From the NCBI GenBank assembly GCA_965214825.1, contig OZ243981.1, positions 3,583,910-3,647,909 of the forward strand: a stretch of 64,000 nt of DNA. Direction: 5' to 3'. The translations under genes and the position numbers were made by a program. The first letter of the stretch is position 1, and each line of letters begins with the position of its first letter. Origin of the DNA: an uncultured Pedosphaera sp. Lineage in GTDB: Bacteria > Verrucomicrobiota > Verrucomicrobiia > Limisphaerales > AAA164-E04. Under the pieces are notes generated by a model. That model was given only the letters and a program-made list of their open reading frames with translations. It had not been told where the DNA came from and did no database searches. Shown piece by piece: positions 48,082-58,515 of this stretch.

Positions 48082-51000
48082 ATGATTGAGATCACAAAGA
48101 CAGTTTTCAAGAAGGTTTTCGGGACGCGGAACGAGCGAGAGGTCAAGAAACTCCGGGGTTTGGTGGAGCAGATCAATGAAATCGAATCGTCTTATCAATC
48201 GCTGAGCGACGAGGATTTGCGGCGGAAAACGGCGGATTGGCAAGCGAAGTTTTCCCCGATTGAAGACGACGACGAATTGGCGCGGGAGCTAGCCGCGGTT
48301 CTGCCCGAAGCCTTTGCCGCGGTGAAGAACGCCTGCCGCCGCTTGTGCGGTTCTGACGTCTCGGTGAAAGGCCATGCCCTTCGATGGGAGATGATTCCCT
48401 TCGATGTGCAGTTGATCGGGGGTTACGCGTTGCATTCGGGGCGCATTGCGGAAATGGCTACGGGGGAAGGCAAAACGCTGGTGGCGACTCTCCCCGTTTA
48501 TCTCAACGCTCTCTCCGGGCGGGGCGTTCACATCGTCACGGTGAACGATTACCTAGCCTCCCGCGACAGCGAATGGATGGGCGCGGTTTATCGGTTTCTG
48601 GGTATGAGCGTAGGCTGCATCCTCCACGACCAGCCGCCGGCGCTGCGTCGGGAGCAATACGCATGCGACATCACCTACGGCACCAACTCGGAATTCGGCT
48701 TCGATTATTTGCGCGACAACGGCATGGCCTCGAAGAAGGAAGAACAAGTGCAGCGGCAACACTACTTCGCCATTGTAGACGAGGTGGATTCCATCTTGAT
48801 CGACGAAGCGCGGACGCCGCTCATCATCAGCGGCCCGGCCGTCGTGCATACCGACAACCGCTACGACCAGTTGAAACCCGCCGTCGAAAGCCTGGTGAAG
48901 CGCCAAAAAAAACTTTGCCAAGACTACATGCGCGAAGCGGGAAGCCTCTCCCAAAAACTCCGCCCGGAAAACGGCTCCAACCCGGAAAACCCCGAATGGC
49001 TCGGACAGGAACTCGGCCTCCTGCTCTACCGCACAAAACTGGGCGACCCCAAATCCGCAAGCCTGCTGCGGTTTCTGGAAGACCCGGAAAATCTGAAGCT
49101 TATGAACAAAGCGGAGATGACACTTCACGCCGACCAAACGAAGAAAGAACTCTACGCGCAGAAGGAAGAGCTTTTCTTCGCCATCGAGGAAAAAAGCCAT
49201 GACGCCGACCTGACAGAAAAAGGCCGCGGTTTTCTCAGCCCGAAGGATCCCGACGCCTTCATGCTGCCCGATCTGGCAGAGACATACCACGAAATCGACA
49301 GCAATGAAGGCTGGGATGCGAAACAAAGAATGGACGCGAAAGGAAAAGCGCAAAAAGAATTCGAAGCTAAAGCCCAACAAATTCACACCATCTCGCAACT
49401 TCTCAAAGCCTATTGTTTATACGAGAAGGACATCCAATACGTTGTGCAAAACAACGAAGTAATTATTGTCGATGAAAACACTGGACGCCTTATGACGGGC
49501 CGCCGCTGGAGCGAAGGGCTGCACCAGGCAGTAGAAGCAAAGGAAGGCGTGGAAATCAAACGCGAGACCCAGACTTACGCCACAATTACCATTCAAAATT
49601 ACTTCCGCCTTTACGCCAAACTCGCCGGCATGACAGGCACGGCAGAAACCGAAGCCAGCGAGTTTTTAGACATCTATAAACTCGGCGTTCTTGTCATCCC
49701 TACTAACCGGCCCGTCGCGCGGCAAGATGCCCACGACACAGTCTATAAAACCAGGCGCGAAAAGTATAATGCGGTAGTAGAGGAAATCAAAAACATCCAC
49801 AGCGAAGGACGCCCTATTCTAGTCGGCACTATCTCCGTCGAAGCCAGTGAATACCTCTCCAGGCTGCTGAAGAAAGAACGGATTGTTCACTCTGTATTGA
49901 ACGCCAAATATCACGAACAGGAAGCCGAAATCATCACTCGCGCCGGCCACAAAGGAGCGGTGACGATCGCCACAAATATGGCGGGGCGCGGCACGGATAT
50001 TAAACTGGCTGTGGGTGTCAATGAAGTAGGCGGCCTTCACGTGATTGGAACGGAACGGCACGAGGCCCGCCGCATCGACCGCCAGCTCCGTGGCCGCTGT
50101 GCCCGCCAAGGCGACAATGGCTCCTCTCACTTTTTTATTTCTCTAGAAGACGATTTAATGCGCTTGTTCGGCTCCGACCGCATCAGCAAGGTTATGGAAA
50201 AAGTCGGTCTCGAAGAGGGGCAGGAACTGGAGCACCCTTTGTTAAACCGCTCCATCGAAACAGCGCAGAAGCGCGTCGAACAGCACAACTTCCAAATTCG
50301 TAAACGCACGTTGGAATACGACGATGTGATGAACAAACAACGTGAAGTCATCTATGGGTTTCGCAATGAGATCATCCGGGCTGACAATGTGCAAGACCGT
50401 TTGCTGGAGGTGATGGAGGAAGCGGTCGTCGCCAAGGTGGAAGAGCATTCTTCGGCGGACGCTGAGCCGGGCGAATGGAACCTTCGGACTTTGACCGATT
50501 GGATCAATCTCAACTTCCCACTGGGCATCTCGGAAGAGGCGATTCTTCAAGCGGCAACTTCGGAAACAGAAACGCCGGCGCCCGGTTCGACTTTAGAGGG
50601 CATGAGCCCGGCGCAAACCGCCGCCGCCGCGTTTGTTGCCGACAGCGTCCGAGACGCCTATAAATTGAAAGTCAGCGTCGAGGACAAAGAGGCCCTTCAA
50701 AGCATTGAGCGATTTACTATCCTCAGCGCCATTGACAAACTATGGCAAGAGCATCTTTATAGCATGGACGGACTCCGGAGCAGCATCGGCCTCCGCGCTT
50801 ATGGCCAACGCGACCCGCTAATTGAATATAAGAACGAAGCCTTCAAAATTTTCGACGCTTTGATGGCGAGTATAAAATCGGAGATATGCCACAATATCTT
50901 CCGCAGCGCTTCCAGCTTGATGGCGTTTCAGAACTTTCTGGCCAAGTTACCGCAGCGAACCGTGCATCAGGGCGCCAACGCATTTGCCGGCGATGCGGGG

Positions 51001-51189
51001 CAGGCGGCGCAAAACTCCCGGCAAAAGGCCAGCCGAATGGTCAGCGAGGCGAATGAAGCGGCCGGCAAATCTCGCGCCACTCCCGTTCGCACCGGTCCCA
51101 AAGTGGGCCGAAACGAACCTTGCCCTTGTGGCAGCGGCAAGAAGTATAAACAGTGCTGCGGGTCCGCAAGCCGCCTAGTCAAGTCGTGA
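48082..51189 (+). CDS. secA: preprotein translocase ATPase SecA
   Basis: FGTRNEREVKKL, MATGEGKTLVATLP, DEVDSILIDEARTPLIISG, TNMAGRGTDIKL, C-terminal zinc finger CPCGSGKKYKQCCG. ATG 48082 (GTG 48076 is also open). Confidence 0.95.
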   Translation: MIEITKTVFKKVFGTRNEREVKKLRGLVEQINEIESSYQSLSDEDLRRKTADWQAKFSPIEDDDELARELAAVLPEAFAAVKNACRRLCGSDVSVKGHALRWEMIPFDVQLIGGYALHSGRIAEMATGEGKTLVATLPVYLNALSGRGVHIVTVNDYLASRDSEWMGAVYRFLGMSVGCILHDQPPALRREQYACDITYGTNSEFGFDYLRDNGMASKKEEQVQRQHYFAIVDEVDSILIDEARTPLIISGPAVVHTDNRYDQLKPAVESLVKRQKKLCQDYMREAGSLSQKLRPENGSNPENPEWLGQELGLLLYRTKLGDPKSASLLRFLEDPENLKLMNKAEMTLHADQTKKELYAQKEELFFAIEEKSHDADLTEKGRGFLSPKDPDAFMLPDLAETYHEIDSNEGWDAKQRMDAKGKAQKEFEAKAQQIHTISQLLKAYCLYEKDIQYVVQNNEVIIVDENTGRLMTGRRWSEGLHQAVEAKEGVEIKRETQTYATITIQNYFRLYAKLAGMTGTAETEASEFLDIYKLGVLVIPTNRPVARQDAHDTVYKTRREKYNAVVEEIKNIHSEGRPILVGTISVEASEYLSRLLKKERIVHSVLNAKYHEQEAEIITRAGHKGAVTIATNMAGRGTDIKLAVGVNEVGGLHVIGTERHEARRIDRQLRGRCARQGDNGSSHFFISLEDDLMRLFGSDRISKVMEKVGLEEGQELEHPLLNRSIETAQKRVEQHNFQIRKRTLEYDDVMNKQREVIYGFRNEIIRADNVQDRLLEVMEEAVVAKVEEHSSADAEPGEWNLRTLTDWINLNFPLGISEEAILQAATSETETPAPGSTLEGMSPAQTAAAAFVADSVRDAYKLKVSVEDKEALQSIERFTILSAIDKLWQEHLYSMDGLRSSIGLRAYGQRDPLIEYKNEAFKIFDALMASIKSEICHNIFRSASSLMAFQNFLAKLPQRTVHQGANAFAGDAGQAAQNSRQKASRMVSEANEAAGKSRATPVRTGPKVGRNEPCPCGSGKKYKQCCGSASRLVKS

Positions 51190-51192
51190 GTC

Positions 51193-51353
51193 CGCAAAAA
51201 GCATTTATAGGCTTTGATGGTTTTGGAGGGCGATTTCGTTCGGGACACATGGATGGGCAGGAGGCACAGGATTGGATTTTTTGTTAAGCGGGTAGCGATC
51301 AACGGGTCGAGTGCCTGCGCGTCACCCTGTTAAGCCCGTAAATATTTATCGCA
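51193..51353 (+). mobile_element. MITE copy D, 161 bp, filling the secA-addB junction
   Basis: CGCAAAAAGCATTTATAGGCTT...AAGCCCGTAAATATTTATCGCA. Perfect 8-bp TSD cgtgagtc at 51185-51192 (contains the secA TGA) and 51354-51361 (contains the addB GTG). Confidence 0.9.
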
Positions 51354-51354
51354 C

Positions 51355-54300
51355 GTGAGTCGGACAACAGCGGCTTTCATTTTGGGACCCGCCGGCAGCG
51401 GCAAGACTTACCGCTGCATTCAATCCGTCCGCGAGCGTCTCGCCCAAGCGTCTGAAGGGCCGCGCCTCCTCTTCCTTGCTCCCAAGCAGGCGACTTTTCA
51501 AATCGAATCTCAAATCTTGGCTGGCGGCGAGCTTGGCGGATACACGCGCCTGGAGGTGCTTTCTTTCACTCGCTTGGCCGAGCGTATCTTGGCTGAGTTG
51601 GCTCCCAGTCTCTCTCGAATCCTTAGCGATGGGGGCCGGGTCATGGTTCTCCGCTCGTTGCTTAATAAACATGCAGAACGGCTTCGGGCATTTCGGCCGG
51701 TGGCGAGTTTCCCTGCCTTGGCGCAAGAAATGGCGGCGCTTTTGCAAGAACTCGGCCGGCAGCAGATGGCCGGCGGCCAATTGGCTCAATTGAAAGAATG
51801 CAGCAGACTTTCCCCGGCGTTGCGGGACAAGTTGCATGATTTGGCTCTCCTCTCTGACTGTTACCGCGAATGGCTTCAGCAGGCCGGCCTCAAGGATGCA
51901 GACTTTCTGCTGGAACTGGCGACTGAACAGCTTCGCTCCCTGCCCCCGAAGCCGGCCGGCTCGGCCATTTTTGCCCCGGCAGAACTTTGGTTGGACGGTT
52001 TCGGGGAGATGGCTTCCCAAGAGCTTGCGCTACTGGCTGCCGTCGTGCAACGGAGCCGGCGGGCGAATTTGCTTTTCTGTGTGAAACCGGAAAAGCCGGA
52101 CGATCCTTCCTGGCTCAATCCTTGGGCAGCCATTGAGGAAACCTATCGCCGCTGCCGCCGCCACATTGAAGAGCTTCCGGGTGTCAAGATCGAGAATGTC
52201 CGCCTCGCCCGCAATCCTGAGCGTTCCCGTTTTGCGGCCAGCCGGCCATTGCAACATCTCGAAGCCTTTTGGACGGCACCGCGACCTTTGCCGGTTGACG
52301 AATCGCCGCCGGAGGGCATTGCCATAACAGTTTGCCCGGACCGCGAGGCAGAAGCCGTTCACGCCGCCCGCGTCATCCTCCGCACCGTTCGGGAAGAAGG
52401 GATTCGCTTCCGTCAAACCGCCGTCATTGTCCGCCAACTGGAAGACTACGCAACCGACATTCAACGCATCTTCAGCCGTTACCAAATCCCGCATTTCATC
52501 GACCAGCGAAACCCCATCCGGCATCACCCAGCAGTCCTTTTGACGCAAAGCGCCCTTCAACTGCTCGCTTTTGGTTGGCAAAATGACGACTGGTTTGCCG
52601 CCCTCAAAACGCAGCTAATCCACAACAACATCGAACGGACGCTCCAACTGGAAAACGCCGCTTTGGAATTCGGCATCGACGGCAGGCAATGGCGCCAACC
52701 GTTGACACCCCAGACCTGCCCCCATCCCCTTGTGAAGTTGCTGGAACGGCACCGCCAATCGGCCATTGCTCCTTTTGAAGAATTCGAATCGCAGTTGTTC
52801 ACCGCTGAAACCGACCGAAACAAACCCGTCAGCGGCGCTCAATTGGCCAAAGCCCTCCGCCGATTTTGGGAACGAATCAGTTTGGCTGAAACCCTCGAAG
52901 CCTGGGACCAGCAGGCGGGGGCAAAGGCGCTCAAAGCCGGCGGGAGCCCGCTTCTTATCCACGCCGCCGCCCGGCAACAACTGGAAGACTGGCTGGAGAA
53001 TGTGCAACTCGCCTTTGCCGACATGCGCCGGCCTTTGCGGGATTGGCTCGCAATACTTGAATCCGGACTCAGCAACCTTGCTGTCGGCGCCATTCCGCCG
53101 AATGCGGATCAAGTCATCGTGGGCGCCGTGGACCGCATGAGAAACCCAGAAATCGAACTCGCCCTTCTGTTGGGTCTCAACGAATCGGTCTTCCCTGCCC
53201 GCCCTCGACGGCATCCCCTGCTCACGGAAACCGACCGGAAACAATTGGAACCCTTCGCCAGCCATTGGCTTTTGCCCGTCAAACGCCGCCTCGCCCGCGA
53301 ACAGTTCTACGCCTACATCGCCTGCACCCGTCCGCGGAAAAAGCTGGCCGTCAGTTGCGCCGAGCAAGACGCCGAAGGCCAGCCGCTCAACCCCTCCTCA
53401 ATCATCACCCGCCTCCGCCGCCTCTTCCCTTCCGTGACAATCCAGCGCTTTCAAAACCGCCTGCCGCTGCACGCAACCGAACACCGCAGCGAACTCATCC
53501 AACCGCTCTGCCATGCACTTGCCGCCCGGACGGAAGATTCCGCAGTCGAACAACTTTTCAATTCGCTTGACGCAGACCCATCGAACCCGCAACCCGCGCT
53601 TCCAGCCGAAGTGGGCTCCGAACAACTCTCCCCGGCCATCGCCGCCATCCTCTACGCCGGCGAAACCGACACCATCCACTCCTCCACCTCCCGCCTCGAA
53701 GACTTCGCCGCTTGTCCCTTCAGCTTCTTCCTCCGCTCCGGCCTCAAGGCCACCGAACGCGCCCAAAGCCAACTCGACGTCAAAACATTGGGCGCTTTTC
53801 AACACCAAGTCCTCGAACAATTCCACCGCCAAACCCAAGCGCAAGGCAAGCAATGGCGCGACCTCGCCCCCGGCGAAGCCCGAAAACACATCGCCCAAAT
53901 CGCCGGCAACACCGCCGCCCAATTCTACCGCAGCATCTTTCAAAAAACCGAAACCGCCCGCCTCGCCCTTGAAACCATCGTCGAAAAACTGCAAGAATTC
54001 ATCGCCGTTTTCATTCAAGGGATGCGGCATTACAACTTCAACCCGCACACAGTCGAACTGGCCTTCGGCGGCGAAAACGACTCCGCCGGCTCTTGGAACA
54101 TCCCCCTCGACCACAACTCCCGCCTCGCCCTCGCTGGAAAAATCGACCGGCTCGACCTCCTCCCAAACCCCGCCGGCGAAGCCACGACAATAATTGGATA
54201 CTGGCGCGGGTGTCCGATAACTCTGCCGCTCGACCTCTTCCCAAACCCCGCCGGCAAAGCCATCGTCGCAGTCATCATCGACTACAAATCAAGCAGCAAC

Positions 54301-54828
54301 ACCATCAACTCCTTGTTCCTGCACAACGGGATACAATTGCAACTCTTCGCCTATCTCAACGCCATCGCCCAACTCAAAGACATCGCCGGCCACCTCAACC
54401 CCGTCGGCGCATTCCTGGTGCCCCTCCGCGCCAAAGCCAGCAGGTCCCATCACCGCATCGAAGCCCAAACCCAACACGCCGGCCGCGCCAAAAACTTTCA
54501 ATGGAATGGATGCTTTAACATCAAATACCTCTGCCAACTAGACAACCGTCTCGACCGAAAGCAAGGCGACCAAATCCCATACAAACTCAACGAATACGGC
54601 TCGCCACATGCAACAAGCTGGCAGCCCATGAAACCGGAAGCCTTCCGGAAAATGATGCGCCACACCGAAAAAATCATCCGCGACATGGGCAACCGCATTC
54701 TCGCCGGCGATATCGCAGTCGCCCCCTACAAACACTACAAAAACAAAACCCCCTGCCAATACTGCTCATATGCCTCCGTGTGCCGAATCGACGCCGACAC
54801 ACATTTCTATCGAACCCTGCACTATTGA
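51355..54828 (+). CDS. addB: helicase-nuclease complex subunit AddB (PD-(D/E)XK nuclease with Fe-S cluster)
   Basis: GTG start. N-terminal ILGPAGSGKTY. C-terminal nuclease GKIDRLD...IIDYKSS. Fe-S cysteines FAACPF and CQYCSYASVC (CxxCxxxxxC). Confidence 0.85.
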   Translation: MSRTTAAFILGPAGSGKTYRCIQSVRERLAQASEGPRLLFLAPKQATFQIESQILAGGELGGYTRLEVLSFTRLAERILAELAPSLSRILSDGGRVMVLRSLLNKHAERLRAFRPVASFPALAQEMAALLQELGRQQMAGGQLAQLKECSRLSPALRDKLHDLALLSDCYREWLQQAGLKDADFLLELATEQLRSLPPKPAGSAIFAPAELWLDGFGEMASQELALLAAVVQRSRRANLLFCVKPEKPDDPSWLNPWAAIEETYRRCRRHIEELPGVKIENVRLARNPERSRFAASRPLQHLEAFWTAPRPLPVDESPPEGIAITVCPDREAEAVHAARVILRTVREEGIRFRQTAVIVRQLEDYATDIQRIFSRYQIPHFIDQRNPIRHHPAVLLTQSALQLLAFGWQNDDWFAALKTQLIHNNIERTLQLENAALEFGIDGRQWRQPLTPQTCPHPLVKLLERHRQSAIAPFEEFESQLFTAETDRNKPVSGAQLAKALRRFWERISLAETLEAWDQQAGAKALKAGGSPLLIHAAARQQLEDWLENVQLAFADMRRPLRDWLAILESGLSNLAVGAIPPNADQVIVGAVDRMRNPEIELALLLGLNESVFPARPRRHPLLTETDRKQLEPFASHWLLPVKRRLAREQFYAYIACTRPRKKLAVSCAEQDAEGQPLNPSSIITRLRRLFPSVTIQRFQNRLPLHATEHRSELIQPLCHALAARTEDSAVEQLFNSLDADPSNPQPALPAEVGSEQLSPAIAAILYAGETDTIHSSTSRLEDFAACPFSFFLRSGLKATERAQSQLDVKTLGAFQHQVLEQFHRQTQAQGKQWRDLAPGEARKHIAQIAGNTAAQFYRSIFQKTETARLALETIVEKLQEFIAVFIQGMRHYNFNPHTVELAFGGENDSAGSWNIPLDHNSRLALAGKIDRLDLLPNPAGEATTIIGYWRGCPITLPLDLFPNPAGKAIVAVIIDYKSSSNTINSLFLHNGIQLQLFAYLNAIAQLKDIAGHLNPVGAFLVPLRAKASRSHHRIEAQTQHAGRAKNFQWNGCFNIKYLCQLDNRLDRKQGDQIPYKLNEYGSPHATSWQPMKPEAFRKMMRHTEKIIRDMGNRILAGDIAVAPYKHYKNKTPCQYCSYASVCRIDADTHFYRTLHY

Positions 54829-54840
54829 ACCGCCGCCGAA

Positions 54841-57800
54841 ATGAACTTCATCGACGCCCAGCAAAAAGCCATTCAAGCCGAAGGCAACGTCCTGGTCCTT
54901 GCCGGCGCCGGAACAGGAAAAACACACACCATGATCGAGCGCTGCCTCCACTGCCTCTTTCACCCAACCGCCCCAGTCAATCTCGATCAAATCCTGATGG
55001 TTACCTTCACCGAAGCCGCCGCCGCCGAAATGAAACAGCGCATCGCCGGCAAACTGAACCGGCAACTCGATCCGGAAAACACCGATGCCCCTACACAGCA
55101 ACGCGCCGCCGAACAACTGGCCCTCCTCGACATGGCCAAAATCGGCACACTCCACAGCATCGCGCTCGAACTCATCTACGAGCATACCCAACCACTCGGC
55201 CTCAGCCCGCGGCTCCGCACACTCTCGCAGGCAGAACGCAGCCAACTCGAAAGAGCGGCACTCGCGGAAACCTTGGAAGCCCACTGCCTCGAACCGCCAC
55301 CCGCTTCCCCATCCATCCGCCAATGGATGCGCCAGGAAGAGCGACACCGAGTCCGCGAATGGATTCTCCAACTGCACAACCACACCCAACTGCTGCCCGC
55401 CCCGCAACAATGGATTCGCAAACAGCGCCAACGCTGCGAAGCCGCTGAACCCACCCTGTGGCTTCGCTGGCTTGCCGACACCCTGCCGCAATGGATTTCA
55501 GACTGGCTCCCTGCTTTGCGAGACGGCGCCGAATCGTGCCCAAATCTGCAAGAATGCGTCGCCGCGCTGGAATCGCTACAACCATCCCTCGCCCAGCCCG
55601 ACAATCCAACCGCCCTCGCCGAGCCTCTGGCCGTCTGCTTCTGCCGCATCGCCACCGCCGATGAAAACTGGCCGCACGGAACCAAAACCCGTGTCCGCAA
55701 AACGCTCAAAGAGTTCTTCGCAGACGCGGCATTCTTCGAATCGCTGTTCTGGGACCGCGACAGAAATCAACCGAGTTTATCGCCGCTGCGAGAAGATTGG
55801 GAACAATGTCGTCAATGGATTCTTTCCCTTCTCCGGCTTGCCGAAGACTTTCAACAACGTTTTCTCCAGCAGAAGAAAGAGCAAGAAGCGCTCGATTTTC
55901 ACGACATGGAGCAGTGGGCACTGACTCTCCTTTGTGGTGCCGACCGCAAGGCTTGCACCGACACCGCCCGAGAGATGCAGGCGCGATTCCAATATGTTTT
56001 CGCCGACGAATATCAGGACATCACCAAAGCCCAAGACTGCATCATCCGCGCCCTCAGCCGCCGGGGCCGCGCCGCCAATCTGTTCATTGTCGGGGATGAA
56101 AAGCAGAGCATCTACGGCTTTCGCGGAGCCACGCCGGAGCTGCTCCAGGAACGCCAATCCGAACAGAACCGCCAACCGGAAAACGCCGTCGTCCACCTGC
56201 AGGAAAACTTCAGAAGCCACCCGGATTTGATTAATTTCATCAATGGCTTCTGCGATTCGCTTGCCAGGCAAGTCCCCGGTTTCCGCTACGACGCCAGCGC
56301 CCGGCTCATCGCCGCCGCACCCAACACCGCGCCGCCCCATGCAACCGGCCGGCAGATCGAATTCCACTTGGCGCTCAAGACCCAAAAAGGCGAAGCGGCT
56401 TCTACATCGGAAGCGCATCGCATCGCCCAACGCATCCGGGCGCTCGGCAACAGCAAAACGGCAATTTTTGACGCGCAAACTAAAAAGCCGCGGCCGGCAA
56501 AATGGGTCGACTTTGCCGTCCTTCTCCGCTCCGTTGCGGCAAGCACCGAAATCGATCGGCCGGAAATCGACCATTCGGAAAAGCAGCTTATTCCCGCCTC
56601 CGGGATGGCAAACACCCTCTCACAGGTTTTCCGCCAATACGAAATCCCCGTGCAGATGTTCACCGACAACTTTTTCGATCTCCCCGAAATCCGCGACCTC
56701 GTCGCGCTGCTGAAAATTCTCGACAACCCGCTTCAGGACATCCCGCTTTTAGCCGTTTTGCGTTCGCCTTTCTTCGGCTTCACGCCGGACGAGCTTGCCG
56801 TCATTCGACTCGCCCAAACGCAAGGCCACTTTTGGCCGGCGCTTCGCCGCTTTGACAAGCTGTCGCGCGAGCCGGCGCCGCGGCTTCAAACGCTGAGAGA
56901 CCGCCATCCCGCCGAAAGCGAAAAATGGATTGCCGCCGCGCGGGAAAAGTGCGACCGCTTCCTGACTAGCTTTCAACGCTGGAGCGACGCCGGGCGAACG
57001 CAATCCATCGCTGAACGCATCGAACGCATCCTAGCAGAATCGCATTGCCTGGAAGCCTTGTCGAGCCTGGAGCCCTGGAGAAACCTGCAAGCCCAAGCGC
57101 GGCAATTCCTCCAGCTCACCCGCGATTTCGAGCACCGGAAACTGCCCAGCCTCGCCCATTTCCTGCAATGGCTCGACGAACTCCAGCAATCCGAACACGG
57201 CATCGAACCCCTCTCTCAAGAAACCGCCAACGCCGTCCAACTAATGACCATTCACAAAAGCAAAGGACTCGAATTCCCCATCGTCATCCTGGCCAACCTC
57301 GACAAAAAATTCAACTGCAACGACTTGAGACAACCGCTGATCATCGACAGCGACTACGGCCTCAGCCCCGTCATCCGCCTTCCCGGAACCGCCCAAACCT
57401 ACCCTTCGCTGTCTCATTGGCTCAGCAAACGAAAACGGCGGCAAGCGCTGATTGCCGAAGAAGCCCGCCTCCTCTACATCGCCATGACACGCGCCAAAGA
57501 ACGCCTCATCCTCACAGGAACAACCACAAAAAAACATTTTGAAACCTGGCCGAAACAACACGCCCAAGTCCCCGAAAATAACCCCTCCCATCGCGCCGCC
57601 TCCTGCCTCGACTGGCTCGGACCGTGGCTCTCCGGCCGAACCTGCATAGCGAATTACCTCGAAATCAAGCAAGGCAGCGAAAACGGAATTCATTGGGAAA
57701 TCCGCGATGCCGGCGTCGATGAAGAACCGCAACCGCCTGCCGCCCCCGCGCCGCCAAGTCAGCCTCTCGACCTCGAAACCCTTCACACCCTTCACCGGCG

Positions 57801-58500
57801 GCTCAACTGGCGCTATCCCTTCCTCGCGGCAACCGCGCAACGCGCCAAAGCCTCTGCCAGCGCCCTCAAACAACAAAGCCAACTCGACACCGACCATCCC
57901 TTCCCCTTGCCCGCCCAGTTCAAAACCAAAAAACCAAAAGCCGAAAACCGTCCGCAAGAATCCGCCCAAACCCGCGGCCACGCTTGGCACCGCATCCTGC
58001 AATTCTTCCCCCTCGACCAGGCAACCAACCTTGAAAACGCCCGCGCCGCCGTTCAATCGCTTTGCGCCCAAGGCCGGCTCGAACCCGAAGACCCCAGCAG
58101 AATCCAACTAAACCGAATCGTCGAGTTCTGGACTTCCTCCATCGGAACTCAAATCCGCCGCCAAAGCCCCCGCCTCCACCGCGAGCTGGCCTTCACCGCC
58201 CAATTCACCGGACGCGAACTCCGGCAACTCGGCTTCGACATCGCAGACGCAATCGACAACGAGCCCATGTTGATTCAAGGCGCCGCAGACCTCGCCGTCA
58301 TCCAGCCCAAAGAAATCTGGCTGCTCGACTTCAAATCCGACAAAATCACCGTTGCAGAAATCCCGGAACGGGCAGAACACCATGCCCCCCAACTTGCCCT
58401 CTACCGCGCCGCCCTGCAAAAGATTTACCGCCGCCCTGTCGCCAGCGCCTGGATTCACTTCCTCCACCCCGGCATCACCGCCGACCCCCTCAACCCATAG
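54841..58500 (+). CDS. addA: helicase-nuclease complex subunit AddA (UvrD/Rep-type helicase plus RecB-type nuclease)
   Basis: VLAGAGTGKTHTM (Walker A), FADEYQDIT, VGDEKQSIYGFRGA, TIHKSKGLEFP, YIAMTRAKERL, C-terminal GAADLAV...LLDFKSDK nuclease motif. Confidence 0.85.
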   Translation: MNFIDAQQKAIQAEGNVLVLAGAGTGKTHTMIERCLHCLFHPTAPVNLDQILMVTFTEAAAAEMKQRIAGKLNRQLDPENTDAPTQQRAAEQLALLDMAKIGTLHSIALELIYEHTQPLGLSPRLRTLSQAERSQLERAALAETLEAHCLEPPPASPSIRQWMRQEERHRVREWILQLHNHTQLLPAPQQWIRKQRQRCEAAEPTLWLRWLADTLPQWISDWLPALRDGAESCPNLQECVAALESLQPSLAQPDNPTALAEPLAVCFCRIATADENWPHGTKTRVRKTLKEFFADAAFFESLFWDRDRNQPSLSPLREDWEQCRQWILSLLRLAEDFQQRFLQQKKEQEALDFHDMEQWALTLLCGADRKACTDTAREMQARFQYVFADEYQDITKAQDCIIRALSRRGRAANLFIVGDEKQSIYGFRGATPELLQERQSEQNRQPENAVVHLQENFRSHPDLINFINGFCDSLARQVPGFRYDASARLIAAAPNTAPPHATGRQIEFHLALKTQKGEAASTSEAHRIAQRIRALGNSKTAIFDAQTKKPRPAKWVDFAVLLRSVAASTEIDRPEIDHSEKQLIPASGMANTLSQVFRQYEIPVQMFTDNFFDLPEIRDLVALLKILDNPLQDIPLLAVLRSPFFGFTPDELAVIRLAQTQGHFWPALRRFDKLSREPAPRLQTLRDRHPAESEKWIAAAREKCDRFLTSFQRWSDAGRTQSIAERIERILAESHCLEALSSLEPWRNLQAQARQFLQLTRDFEHRKLPSLAHFLQWLDELQQSEHGIEPLSQETANAVQLMTIHKSKGLEFPIVILANLDKKFNCNDLRQPLIIDSDYGLSPVIRLPGTAQTYPSLSHWLSKRKRRQALIAEEARLLYIAMTRAKERLILTGTTTKKHFETWPKQHAQVPENNPSHRAASCLDWLGPWLSGRTCIANYLEIKQGSENGIHWEIRDAGVDEEPQPPAAPAPPSQPLDLETLHTLHRRLNWRYPFLAATAQRAKASASALKQQSQLDTDHPFPLPAQFKTKKPKAENRPQESAQTRGHAWHRILQFFPLDQATNLENARAAVQSLCAQGRLEPEDPSRIQLNRIVEFWTSSIGTQIRRQSPRLHRELAFTAQFTGRELRQLGFDIADAIDNEPMLIQGAADLAVIQPKEIWLLDFKSDKITVAEIPERAEHHAPQLALYRAALQKIYRRPVASAWIHFLHPGITADPLNP

Positions 58501-58515
58501 CCAAACCAATCCCGC

